From: Spirochaetota bacterium
Lineage (GTDB): Bacteria > Spirochaetota > UBA6919 > CBDBPB01
NCBI GenBank assembly: GCA_965208615.1
Contig: CBDBPB010000007.1
Span: 160,001-224,000 of the forward strand
DNA: 64,000 nt
Direction of reading: 5' to 3'
Numbering within the stretch: the first letter of the stretch is position 1; the number at the start of each line of letters is the position of its first letter. A model generated the notes under the pieces. The model did no database searches, was not told the DNA's origin, and saw only the letters and a list, made by a program, of their open reading frames with translations. Positions 29,317 through 40,025 of the stretch are shown here, one piece after another. The position numbers were made by a program, and so were the translations under genes.

Positions 29317-29326
29317 TATTCTTTAT

Positions 29327-29346
29327 GAGGCTCTTTTTTGAGCCTC
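29327..29346. terminator. Hairpin between convergent groL and folB
   Basis: GAGGCTC-T6-GAGCCTC. Confidence 0.55.
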
Positions 29347-29382
29347 TCTCACCTGTTAATCTGCTTATATATAGATAATTAC

Positions 29383-29733
29383 TTAATCTCTTTTTATAGT
29401 ATGTCTAACAGAAACAGAGTCTGCCAAACGTATGGCATTAGGTTTATCTATTTCTACAACGGCTTTTTTTATTTTATCATATTCCATAATGATTTTTATT
29501 ATGCTGTCTGCCAACCTTTCTATCAAATAGAACTTTGATGTTGTAGCCTCACAGGTAATCTTTTGTTCTAGAACATAATAATCTATTGTATCACTAAGGT
29601 TATCGCTATTAGCGGCTAAGCTAGAGTCGAAGTCTAAAAATACGTTAATTATGAGTTCTTGTGGTTTAAGCCTTTCTTTTTCGTTTACGCCAATAGTAGC
29701 TTTTACTTTTAGATTTTTAATATGTATTTCCAT
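29383..29733 (-). CDS. folB: Dihydroneopterin aldolase/epimerase (FolB/FolX family)
   Basis: IGVNEKER-Q, SDNLSDTIDY, LIERLA, KPNA. Confidence 0.85.
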   Translation of the reverse strand: MEIHIKNLKVKATIGVNEKERLKPQELIINVFLDFDSSLAANSDNLSDTIDYYVLEQKITCEATTSKFYLIERLADSIIKIIMEYDKIKKAVVEIDKPNAIRLADSVSVRHTIKRD

Positions 29734-29773
29734 TATATTTACGTTATCCTTTTATAGATTTAATAATGTTAGT

Positions 29774-30938
29774 TTAGATAGTATTATTTTTTTTAAACTC
29801 CAGGTGAACATGGACAATACTAATACCATCAATGTTTGTGAGTCCTTTTTCTAAGAGGTCGGCAATGTCATGTCCTTGTTTAACAGATATATAAGGATTA
29901 ACAGCAATATCCAAGTTAATCTCTATGCCACCATGGACATAATGAATACGAATATTATTAATACAGTCAACTTCCTTAATTTTGCTAATATAACGCCTAA
30001 TAGCATTTATTATATCTGCTTCTAGGGGGTTAGTTTTGCTGGTATTTTTTGCAGGTTCAACATGGATAATTATTTCTCTTATATGATTTATAGAATTATA
30101 AATATTATCCTTTACAGTCTCAGATATTGCATGTGCTTGATCTATACTAAGAGCAGGATTAACTCTAATTTCCATATCCACCATACTCTCACTTCCAATA
30201 TACCGCGTTCTAACTTTATCAATTTCTAATACTCCCACGGTATTACTTGCAATATTTTTTATGTTATTTAATAATTCTTCACTTGCGGAGCTTTCGACCA
30301 GAGCCATAAAAGTAGGTTTTAATACCTTAAAGCCCATATGCATTATAAATACTGCCACTACTATAGCGGATAAAGGGTCCATAAAGGATAGAGAAGGATG
30401 TATTACCGTAAAAGTAATTCCAATAAGCACTCCTATTGATGAATAGCTATCAGAACGATGGTGATAGGCATTTGCCTTTAACGCTGAACTATTAAACTTT
30501 TTTGCATAATGCATTGTATAAAAATATAGCCATTCTTTAATGCCTACAGATAAAGTTGCCGCTATGAATGCCAAATAATAGCTATTTTGAACAAATGTAC
30601 CTCCATATGTTATATTAGCTATAACGTTAATGCCTTCATAAACGAGATACATACCCGTAAGAATAAGGGTAACACCTACTAACATAGATGCAAAGGTTTC
30701 AAACTTACCGTGTCCATAGGGGTGATTTTTATCAGGAGGCTTGGATGAGAGTTTTAATCCGATTATAATAACGAGGTCGCTAACATAGTCTGATACTGAG
30801 TGAGTGGCATCTGATATAAGAGCACTACTACCGGTAATAACTCCAATGGTATATTTTATTATTGTAAGAGCTAAATTAATAGCTGTACCTATTAGGGTTA
30901 CTTTTCTTTTTTTTAAAATAGTTGTTATTTTTTATCAT
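29774..30938 (-). CDS. Cation diffusion facilitator transporter with duplicated C-terminal dimerisation domain
   Basis: SALISDATHSVSD, KPPDKNHPYGHGKFE and HHRSD motifs. The frame is open upstream of 30685; ATG 30938 is off by one base at an A run. Confidence 0.85.
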
Positions 30939-31112
30939 ATTATATAATTATATAAAAAAAAACACTTTACTTAGTATATGCTGACAAACGTTAAGAAATA
31001 TAATAAAAAGTGTTCTAATGCGTTTGTTATAGGCATTAATTTAGGTTTATAATTTTATACATAAGTCGGTATAGTCTTTGATGTTATATCTTTTTCTATA
31101 TAGACCAAATAA

Positions 31113-31817
31113 TTATATCTTCTTAAGAACTAAAAATAAGACTATATATTCGAAGTTTTTATTTTTACACCTGTTAGCCAACTCATCCAACTTACATTTA
31201 GTGTAGTTATCCTTTGAAGGATTAACCGTAGTACCTGTATAATGAAAGTATTTAATCAGGTCTATTCCAGAGAAAGGGATTTTAACTTTTATTGTTTTAT
31301 CTACAATAACCTTTAGATTAAACTGACCTATAATGTCGTATAGGTCATGAGCATTGGGAAAAGGAAATCTAAATTCTGGGATACTACCATTTATAGGTAT
31401 TGCAATAAATATATAATCAGATGTTATTCTTATCATTTCAGATAGACTTTTTTTAATATTTGTCCAGTGTAGAGAAAAACTTGAGAAGGAATGATTAAAA
31501 CAGTTATCTACAAAAGGTAATAACTCCATATCACAATGAATACTATTAGGATTAATATGTTCATAATGGCTTAACATCTTAGTTGATATATCAATTCCAG
31601 TAATATTTAGGCTGGTAAAACGTTTCATAAGGCAATTAGTTATGAGTCCAGTACCGCATCCAATATCAACAGCATTACCATTTAGGTTTATATTGCTAAA
31701 AGAGATAAGCTTTTTTGCTACCTCATCTTGAGGGATAGCCCAGTTATTGTAGGTTTTAGCAGACTTAGAAAAAGAGTTTTTTATTCTATTTTTAAGTATA
31801 TAGCTTGTTTTTATCAT
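31113..31817 (-). CDS. SAM-dependent methyltransferase, BioC-like
   Basis: FSKSAKTYNNWAIPQ, DIGCGTG, SLHW. Confidence 0.75.
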   Translation of the reverse strand: MIKTSYILKNRIKNSFSKSAKTYNNWAIPQDEVAKKLISFSNINLNGNAVDIGCGTGLITNCLMKRFTSLNITGIDISTKMLSHYEHINPNSIHCDMELLPFVDNCFNHSFSSFSLHWTNIKKSLSEMIRITSDYIFIAIPINGSIPEFRFPFPNAHDLYDIIGQFNLKVIVDKTIKVKIPFSGIDLIKYFHYTGTTVNPSKDNYTKCKLDELANRCKNKNFEYIVLFLVLKKI

Positions 31818-31960
31818 AATTCAGTTATTAGTAAAATAATTTTGATTAGCATTTATATGCAAGCTTTGAAAGGTTAATAATATAACCGTATTAGAAATAT
31901 AATAAATATACTAATACTAAAATTAATTAAAGACAAAGCCTTACTAACAATCAAATATAG

Positions 31961-32500
31961 CTATTTTTTAAGAAGCTTATCCAGCATAACGTTAATGGAC
32001 TCATCAATTAGCTCGCCTGATATCAAAGACCTATCCCCATGATAGATATAGCGAACAGTAGATAGCTTTTCTCCATTTGGACTAAATAAGTTTAAGTGTA
32101 CAATAATATAATTTTTATCATCATAAAGAGATCTATCCACCTCATAAATTATACCCTGAATGAATAAAGAAAAAGGTATTTCTTTAGAGACATTTATAAT
32201 TTCATTAGGAGTTAGATTTTTATTAAAATTAATATTATTATTTTTATAATATTGTTTTATTTTATTGTTCTCAATAACATTATAGCTCTTTTTAAGAAGG
32301 TGATATTCTAACTGTTCTTTGAAGTTAAACCTTATATAAGGAGTATTTGTTCGCACATTAAAATATCCTATAGCTATCTTTGCATTTTTTGCTATGCTAT
32401 AACCCTGCTTAATATAAACATCAGTTTTTGTTAGCTCAGTACACCCCATAACAAATAGGGAAAAACTAATAACTATTAAATACAGCTTAAAACCCTTCAT
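31961..32500 (-). CDS. Lipoprotein (CsgG/LpoB-like alpha-beta fold possible)
   Basis: Likely start 32500 (SD GGAGG), MKGFKLYLIVISFSLFVMGC lipobox; overlaps the CHAT gene stop. Confidence 0.7.
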   Translation of the reverse strand: MKGFKLYLIVISFSLFVMGCTELTKTDVYIKQGYSIAKNAKIAIGYFNVRTNTPYIRFNFKEQLEYHLLKKSYNVIENNKIKQYYKNNNINFNKNLTPNEIINVSKEIPFSLFIQGIIYEVDRSLYDDKNYIIVHLNLFSPNGEKLSTVRYIYHGDRSLISGELIDESINVMLDKLLKK

Positions 32501-34775
32501 ACAATATAAAACCTCCATAGAAAAATAAAGACTTATACTTTTCTTTTGTAGTATTATAGGCATAGTTAAAAGCTTTTTTCTTATTAGCAACTTCTATATA
32601 CTTTTTAAAAAATGCAACCATAAAATCTTTACTGGATTGATCTTCTATATCCCATATGGTAGCTAAAATAGAAGTTACACCTGCATAAAAAAAACCTCTT
32701 ACTAAACCGACTAACTCTTCCCCTTTATACCTGGTTGATAGACCAGAAGTGCATCCGCTTAGAGATAGAAAGTTAACCTTACTTAGGTTTAACTTATATA
32801 TTTCTTTTAAGAAAATTTCATTACTATCATCTAAATAACCAGCCTTATTATGATTATTGTTGTCAACATGACTACACTCAAGATAAGAATAAAGAGGTTT
32901 ATTTAAATTAAATCTAATATGTCCACTATAATGAATAATTGAATGAAAGGCAAATTCTTTTAAAATAATTTCTTTTTTAGCATTTCCCCCGATTAATGCA
33001 GAAGAATTATGGAATAAGTTTTTAATGGTATTAGCTTCTTCTAGAGAGCCTTTAAGGTTATTTCTTGGATCTCCTATTATCATGGGATTATCATCTATTA
33101 ATGATTTTGCCTTAAGTGTGCTAATAGATTGAAGGTTAGGCATATAAGAAATTAAAAGCTCTTTTTTGACAGAAAGAAATAAACTATGAACCGGAAAAGA
33201 ATGCAATATATTATAAGGGATTATAATTAATTCTTTAATACTGTCCAAATAGCTTAGTATGGGGTATACCAATATGTTAAGGGCTTTATTCTCATAAAAT
33301 GAGTTGATAAAGTCATCGTTTTTCTTTACGGCATTAAGATAGCCGGTTATAATAGCTTCGAGTTCTTCTGCCTCATAGTCTATATATATGCAGTCAAATA
33401 TTTTATTTCCGATTAAAAATATATAAATCTTATCATCATAATAAAAATACTCTAAAACCAATCCATTATTTGGTATGTGATTTTGAATCTCTATCAAAGA
33501 GTTAAACTTAAACTCAACAAAAGCTTTATAGCCACCTTTTATTGATACAATTTTCTCATCGCAGTAGTACAACATTTTTTCTATGGTGTTAATTTCGTCA
33601 AGGTTATCCAAATAGTCTTTTTTGGAATATAGTTTTTTAAGTTTTTTAACTATTTTATGCCTTTCTTTTAGCAATGAAGAGGATATACCTAAATTTTCAT
33701 GTCTTCCTGATAATATATTTTCCATAAAAAGCTTTGATCTAAAACTTTCAAACAGCTCAAATCCCTTTTTAATATTAGAGGTAATATTAGGGTCATCCAA
33801 TAAAGCGGATATAGCTTTTAAATATATTTCTTCTTTATCTTTGCTACTCAAGAATGAATGCATATTGCTTTCAAGTTTGACTCCCCATTTACTAAGATTT
33901 AACAGGGAGATAGCATGAAGATAGTTATCCTTAGCAGTTTTTTTATCATTTATAGTTTCTAAATAGTTAGCCAATAAAGCGTAGTATTCATAAGTATAAT
34001 AATTTAATTTATCAAAAATCTGATTACTATAGTCCAAATATGCCTTACCCTCTTGGAACATAGATAATTTAAAATAGCTTTCGCAAAATAGTATATAAAC
34101 ATTTCCCAAAAACTTTTTGGCATCTTTCGTATTCTGGCTGATAAAACAGTTTGCAGCTTTTTTAAGATAGTAAAATCCCTTATCGTATTTACCATGCTGC
34201 AATAATAAACCAGCCAATACTTTATTAGCCTGTCCCTCTTCTATCCTAAGGTTATAAGACCTACTAAGGTTAATAGCATTTTTAGCATAGGCAATAGCCT
34301 TATCAAGGTTGTTAGCAAAACCATAATTGATAGCTAATCCAAAGTCATTTTTGATTTTAGACTTTATTATATTTTTATTATTCGATTTGGAAATTATATT
34401 ATCATATATCCCATTAGCTTTTATATTATGTTCAAGAGTAGTTTTACCGAGATTATATAAGGCAATTGCTAAGCCATTATATGCCTTAGCTTGTTTAAAA
34501 TGCAAGTCTAAGTCATAAAACCTTTTAAGAGCATCATCAATCAGGTTTATGGTATATTTTGCTAAGTATTCCATAAACTCAAATTGTGATTCACCATAAG
34601 CAGCCCAAATTCCATTATAGCTTGCTTTTAGTAAAAGAGCTGAAATATTATTATTGTGTGAAAGGTTATATACCTTTTCTAGTAGTGGAAAGGCCTGTAA
34701 AGGGTGTTTATTATCCAAATACTTTTTAGCCTTTTCAATTAGTTCATCGAGGTTTAGCTTTTGACTATTTTGCAT
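32487..34775 (-). CDS. TPR-CHAT caspase-like protease
   Basis: N-terminal TPRs; LIIIP-LHSFP, IIHYSGH (His), LSGC (Cys), GLVRGFFYAG and ATIWDIED motifs. Confidence 0.92.
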   Translation of the reverse strand: MQNSQKLNLDELIEKAKKYLDNKHPLQAFPLLEKVYNLSHNNNISALLLKASYNGIWAAYGESQFEFMEYLAKYTINLIDDALKRFYDLDLHFKQAKAYNGLAIALYNLGKTTLEHNIKANGIYDNIISKSNNKNIIKSKIKNDFGLAINYGFANNLDKAIAYAKNAINLSRSYNLRIEEGQANKVLAGLLLQHGKYDKGFYYLKKAANCFISQNTKDAKKFLGNVYILFCESYFKLSMFQEGKAYLDYSNQIFDKLNYYTYEYYALLANYLETINDKKTAKDNYLHAISLLNLSKWGVKLESNMHSFLSSKDKEEIYLKAISALLDDPNITSNIKKGFELFESFRSKLFMENILSGRHENLGISSSLLKERHKIVKKLKKLYSKKDYLDNLDEINTIEKMLYYCDEKIVSIKGGYKAFVEFKFNSLIEIQNHIPNNGLVLEYFYYDDKIYIFLIGNKIFDCIYIDYEAEELEAIITGYLNAVKKNDDFINSFYENKALNILVYPILSYLDSIKELIIIPYNILHSFPVHSLFLSVKKELLISYMPNLQSISTLKAKSLIDDNPMIIGDPRNNLKGSLEEANTIKNLFHNSSALIGGNAKKEIILKEFAFHSIIHYSGHIRFNLNKPLYSYLECSHVDNNNHNKAGYLDDSNEIFLKEIYKLNLSKVNFLSLSGCTSGLSTRYKGEELVGLVRGFFYAGVTSILATIWDIEDQSSKDFMVAFFKKYIEVANKKKAFNYAYNTTKEKYKSLFFYGGFILYEGF

Positions 34776-34805
34776 ATTGTTTTAATGCACTTCTATTTAT
34801 TATAA

Positions 34806-36068
34806 CTATTTATTATAACTATAATAGTTAGCAAGCATCTTATTATTTAATTTATTAAATTGGCTATCACTAAGGCTCTTAGAATTGCTATTTAGAATAT
34901 CTTTTATTTTTAATAAAGTTTTATCGGATAACTCATTACCGTTTATAAGATTATTAAGCTCGTTTATTGATAGATTATATTTTTCTTGCACTTTTTCAAT
35001 GGATAATCCAAGGGATTTTACTTTGGATAAAAAGTCATTAGGTTTATTAATATTTTTTTTATCATTAAACATTAAGTGGATAGAAATTATAAGACTATCT
35101 AGTTTTTTATCCCCTGTGGTTGAGGATCTTCTAAGGTTAAGGTTTGTGGATATATTATCTATATCGTTTATAAACTGAATTACGTCATCTTTGTTGGGAC
35201 TCATATTACCTCCTTGTCTAAATAAAAGGTTTTTGTTTTTTAAGAGGCTAAAGACTTCGAATATCCCTTGTTGTATAGAGGATTTAACCTCTTCTATTGG
35301 TTCATCTATTTTTTTAGCAATAGATTGGGGGTCTTCTTTAGCAAAAAAGAACTGTTCCAAGATTTTTCTTATTTTATGTTCTTTTATTTGGTTTAGGGTA
35401 TCATGTTTTATTTTAAAAGATTCCTCTTTTATAAATGAATTAAGGTCATCGAAGTCGAAGGGTATATCGTGGAGCTTGATTATAGCCTTTAGTTCTAGTA
35501 TACCCCTATAAAGCCATGTAGAATAAACAGAAGCTTTACAACCAATGATCTCTGCAATTTCTCTGTTGGAGAGGTTAATAGGAATACACAGTTTAAATAT
35601 TATGGCATTTCTATGATTTTCATTTTTAATTGAATATAGTACTTTTCTAAAAAAGTCTTTAATTTCATCTTTTATCAATGATATATTATTATCCACTGGC
35701 GCTTTTAATATGGATGTAATATTACTGGCATTTGGGAGGTTTTCATCTAAGGAAAACTTAATTAGGGATTTATTTAATTTTTTATTTTTATAAAAGCTAA
35801 AAAACCTTAGTAATATTATATGTTTAATATAGTTTATAAATCTTTTTGGAGAACTTGTATCATACTTTTCTATGGAGTTTTTAAACTCAAAAACGAAGTA
35901 GTTTTGCAATAAATCTTCTGCATCTTCAACATTCATTTTTTTAGCTAATAAAAAGTTAAGTAGATGCCTATTACATTTGGTAAAAATAATTTCAAAGGCC
36001 TCATTAGAGTTTGTTTTTCTATATATGTCAATTAGTTTTTCTATTTCAAGCTCTTGAAGGTTAACCAT
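34806..36068 (-). CDS. Extended ECF-type sigma-70 factor (sigma2, sigma4, second sigma4-like, XRE-like HTH)
   Basis: EAFEIIF-DAEDLLQ-FINYIKHI; LSNREIAEIIG-STWLYRG; about 220-aa C-terminal extension. Confidence 0.75.
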   Translation of the reverse strand: MVNLQELEIEKLIDIYRKTNSNEAFEIIFTKCNRHLLNFLLAKKMNVEDAEDLLQNYFVFEFKNSIEKYDTSSPKRFINYIKHIILLRFFSFYKNKKLNKSLIKFSLDENLPNASNITSILKAPVDNNISLIKDEIKDFFRKVLYSIKNENHRNAIIFKLCIPINLSNREIAEIIGCKASVYSTWLYRGILELKAIIKLHDIPFDFDDLNSFIKEESFKIKHDTLNQIKEHKIRKILEQFFFAKEDPQSIAKKIDEPIEEVKSSIQQGIFEVFSLLKNKNLLFRQGGNMSPNKDDVIQFINDIDNISTNLNLRRSSTTGDKKLDSLIISIHLMFNDKKNINKPNDFLSKVKSLGLSIEKVQEKYNLSINELNNLINGNELSDKTLLKIKDILNSNSKSLSDSQFNKLNNKMLANYYSYNK

Positions 36069-36309
36069 AGATAATATAAGCCTCCTTTAATATTTTTATA
36101 CAGTTAAGGTATTAATTTTCTTTCGCAAAAAGGCAAAAATAAAGTTTTTTTTTATATTAGTTATATTTGACGCTAATTTAAAATAATAAAAGCGGATTTA
36201 TTTTTTAGTTAGTATTTTAAAAAATAGTAAGTTTAGATTTTGAGTTCTAACTTAAAATTTGATTAATTTTAAGTTTCTATATATACTTGTTTAACATATA
36301 TTAATTTGG

Positions 36310-39300
36310 ATGATGATTATGAAATTAAAAGGTAAAACAGATATAATAATATTTACATATATAGTTTGTGTATTTGTAGTTAGTTTTTTAGGTATTATAA
36401 ATAACTTTGTAATAATAGCTAAATCGATATTTTTTAGTTTGAGCGATAGTTTTTTAATATTAAGCAGTATAATAACACTTCCATTTTTTATTTTTGGTTT
36501 TCTTAGCATATTTTGGATATATAAAAGGACGAAAAAGGGTTGGCATTTTAGTTTTTTTTACAGTTCATTTAGCATAATTATAAGTATTTTTTTTAGCTTT
36601 CTTTTTGTCAGTTAGTATAACTTATTATAATACGGATAGTAAGGCTGTAAATAAGCTTAATAGCAACTTAGCAAAAGATAGACATAATGAACTCGTTGAG
36701 CCAGGAATTAAAATAAAATATAGTTCTAATAATAGTGTTAAAAAGCTATCGTTTAAGATAATTTTTATAACAATAGTTATAACCACCATATTCACTAGTC
36801 TAATGGGTTTTTGGATATGGTATTTAAAAAAATCAGCTATTAGAGATTTGTTTGGCATAAGTCAAAGTGAATCTGAGTCTGGTGAAAGGTTAGTTATTTT
36901 GAGGCTTGAGTTGGCCAGTGTTATAATTATTTTATTGGGAGCTATTTATTTTGGTAGAGAATTAGGTTTTGCCATAAACGACCTTAGAACTGGTCATGAC
37001 ATAAAAAAGCTTGATGACTATAGTGCATACGAGTTACCAACTAAGGTTTTTGATATAAATGGAGAAAAAATAACAGAGTTCTTTTTGGCTAAGCGACAAA
37101 TTATACCTTATAATCATCTTCCGGATAGCCTAATAGGTGCGTTAATTGCTATGGAGGATAATAGATTTTATATTCATAGGGGAGTTGATAGTTGTGGAAT
37201 ATTAAGAGCTATGTTTAATAATGTTATAGCCGGAAGAATTGTAGAAGGGGGTAGTACTATATCCCAGCAGTTGGCAAAGCTTCTTTTTACAAAAAGAGAA
37301 AGAACTCTTGGACGTAAGGCTTTAGAAATATGGTTAACTGTTCAAATAGAGAAGAGGTATAGCAAACAAGAGATTTTAGAAAAGTATTTTAATCATATTT
37401 ACTTTGATCATGGTGTATATGGGGTAGAAGCGGCATCCAAATACTTTTTTGGAAAGTCTGTAAGGGATATAAATATTGCTGAATCTGCTATGTTGGTCTC
37501 TATACCACCAAGACCTAGGAAATACTCACCTTTTAGGAATCCTAAACAGGCAAATAAAAAGCAATATATTGTATTATCCAGCATGTTAAAGCATGGTATG
37601 TTGCCTAAAGAGGATATTGACAGTATACATAAGGATTTTTGGATAAAAATGAGTAATAGGCTTATTGAAAAGAATTATAGTTCTGCATGGCTTGATAGGG
37701 ATGATAAGGCTCCATATTTTTCGGAGTATGTAAGACAAAAAGTTAAAAGCTATCTCGAAAAGGAATATGGTGATAATAATTATATTAATACAGGTGGACT
37801 TAAAATCTATACTACCCTTGATATAAGTTTACAGAAAAAGGCTTTAGAGTTTTTAAGAGTACAATTGGCTAAGCAGGATAAGATATTTAAAGCTGGAACA
37901 AAAAACATTTATCGTAGGCTTAAAAAGGAATATACTAATATTTTTAATTTTATTGGCCTAAGCTTTTTGGATAATGGTTATAAGTTTCGTTATAAGCAAA
38001 ATTATCAAAAGGTGTTTGAGCAGGTTAATAAGGAGGTATCAACTTTAGGTTTTATAAATGGCGTATTTGGTCTTGATAGGATAAATCATATTTTGAATAG
38101 GTATAAAAAGAGTTTAGAAGAGGAAAATCTAAATCTAAAAACAGAGGGAGCTTTAGTTGCTATGGAGCCAAATACTGGTTATGTGATGGCTATGGTTGGC
38201 GGGAGAAGGTTTAGCACTAATAATCAGCTAAACAGAGCTTTATCAAAAAGACAACCCGGATCGGCTTTTAAAGCATTTGTTTATGGTGCGGCTTTTAAGA
38301 GTAAATTATTTTATCCTGCTAAGGTTATGTTTGATGATGTATATAACTATGATGATGAATGGATAATCCATAATGCCGAGGATAAGTATTCTGGGCCTAC
38401 TACTTTGAGAGAGGCTATTAAGTTTTCTAAAAATACTATTGCGGTTAAGGTGATAGCTAAATTGGGGGTAAAAAGGGTAATTGATTTTGCTTCTAGTCTT
38501 TTGGGGATTAAAAAAAATAGGTTGCCTAGTGATCCATCTATTGCTTTGGGTACAGGGGAGATCTCTCCACTAGAAATGACTAGGGGGATTAGTGTATATG
38601 CTAATGGAGGCAAGGCTGTAGAACCTATAACTATATTAAAGATTGTTGATCGTTATGGACATACTATAAAGGACTATAGAGCGGAAATTATTCAGAAGCG
38701 ACTGACTGAAAAAGAAAAAGGTAAATCTAATCAGATAATATCTCCCGAGTTAGCCTATTTGATGACTAACACCTTACAGGAGGTTATTGACGGAGGTAGT
38801 GGTTATGCAGTTAGGTCTAATGGATTTCAGCTTCCTGCCGCGGGTAAGACTGGTACCACACAAAGTAATAAAGATGCATGGTTTGCAGGATATACTCCTA
38901 ATTTGGCTGCTGTTGTATGGGTTGGCTTTGATAAGGGTGTATCCTTGGGTCATAATCAGTATGGGGGTACGGTAGCGGCTCCGGTGTGGAGTAAGTTTAT
39001 GAAATTTGCTCATAATATACCGCGGTATAAATATAAAAAACAACATTTTAACAAAGCAAAAAATATTGAATATCATAGAGTATGCAAAGTTACAGGCCTC
39101 CGAGTTAGCGATGAGTGTATAGAAGCAGGACATGAGTCTGTTCAGGATATATTTCTTCCAGGATCGTATCCCAAGGAAAAGTGTGAGGGACATAAAATAA
39201 ATGAAAATGACTCCCAGAATATTGATGATATATTAGACATGGCAAATAACGGTATTATCCAACAGGATGGGGAACCTGAAGATACGAGTGATAATAATAC

Positions 39301-39859
39301 CAAAGATGAGATACCTCAACAAAGTGAGGATAATACTCCTACACAGAATACCAATCCTAAAGATAGTCCTACACAGAATACCAATCCTAAAGGTAACCCT
39401 ACACAGAATACCAATCCTAAAGATAGTCCTACACAGAATACTAATCCTAAAGGTAACCCTACACAGAATACCAATCCTAAAGATAGTCCTACACAGAATA
39501 CTAATCCTAAAGCTAACCCTACACAGAATACCAATCCTAAAGGTAACCCTACACAGAATACCAATCCTAAAGGTAACCCTACACAGAATACCAATCCTAA
39601 AGATAGTCCTACACAGAATACTAATCCTAAAGATAGTCCTACACAGAATACCAATCCTAAAGATAGTCCTACACAGAATACCAATCCTAAAGGTAACCCT
39701 ACACAGAATACCAATCCTAAAGATAGTCCTACACAGAATACTAATCCTAAAGCTAACCCTACACAGAATACCAATCCTAAAGATAGTCCTACACAGAATA
39801 CTAATCCTAAAGATAGTCCTACACAGAATACTAATCCTAAAGATAGTCCTACACAGTAG
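36310..39859 (+). CDS. Class A penicillin-binding protein (PBP1A) with multi-TM N-terminus and repeat tail; one frameshift near 36600
   Basis: EDNRFYIHRGVD, GGSTISQQLAK, RKALE, SAFK, SKN and KTG motifs. ORFs 36310..36615 and 36605..39859 join at T runs. Confidence 0.85.
39338..39856 (+). repeat. 30-bp tandem repeat x17 plus a partial copy (PTQNTNPK-DS/GN/AN)
   Basis: acacagaata recurs every 30 bp from 39341 to 39821. Confidence 0.97.
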
Positions 39860-40025
39860 AGTGCCTATTTGATATTTTAGTATAATTAGTATTTATATTA
39901 TTTTTTTAGATTGCAACTGGATGTTTATGGTGTTAAATTTTATATAGATTTTAACCAATTGTTGTATATTTTAATCCTGATTAGGATCTATTATAATTCA
40001 ATGTTTAAATAATCCAAGGAAAGAT

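Noticed and set aside
29774-30938. CDF transporter as magnetosome MamB/MamM
   Set aside because: No other mam genes nearby; only generic FieF-like motifs.
39267-39872. Alternative-frame ORFs over the 30-bp repeat (also 60852..61256)
   Set aside because: Stop-free frames produced by the repeat; contiguous units without spacers, so also not CRISPR.
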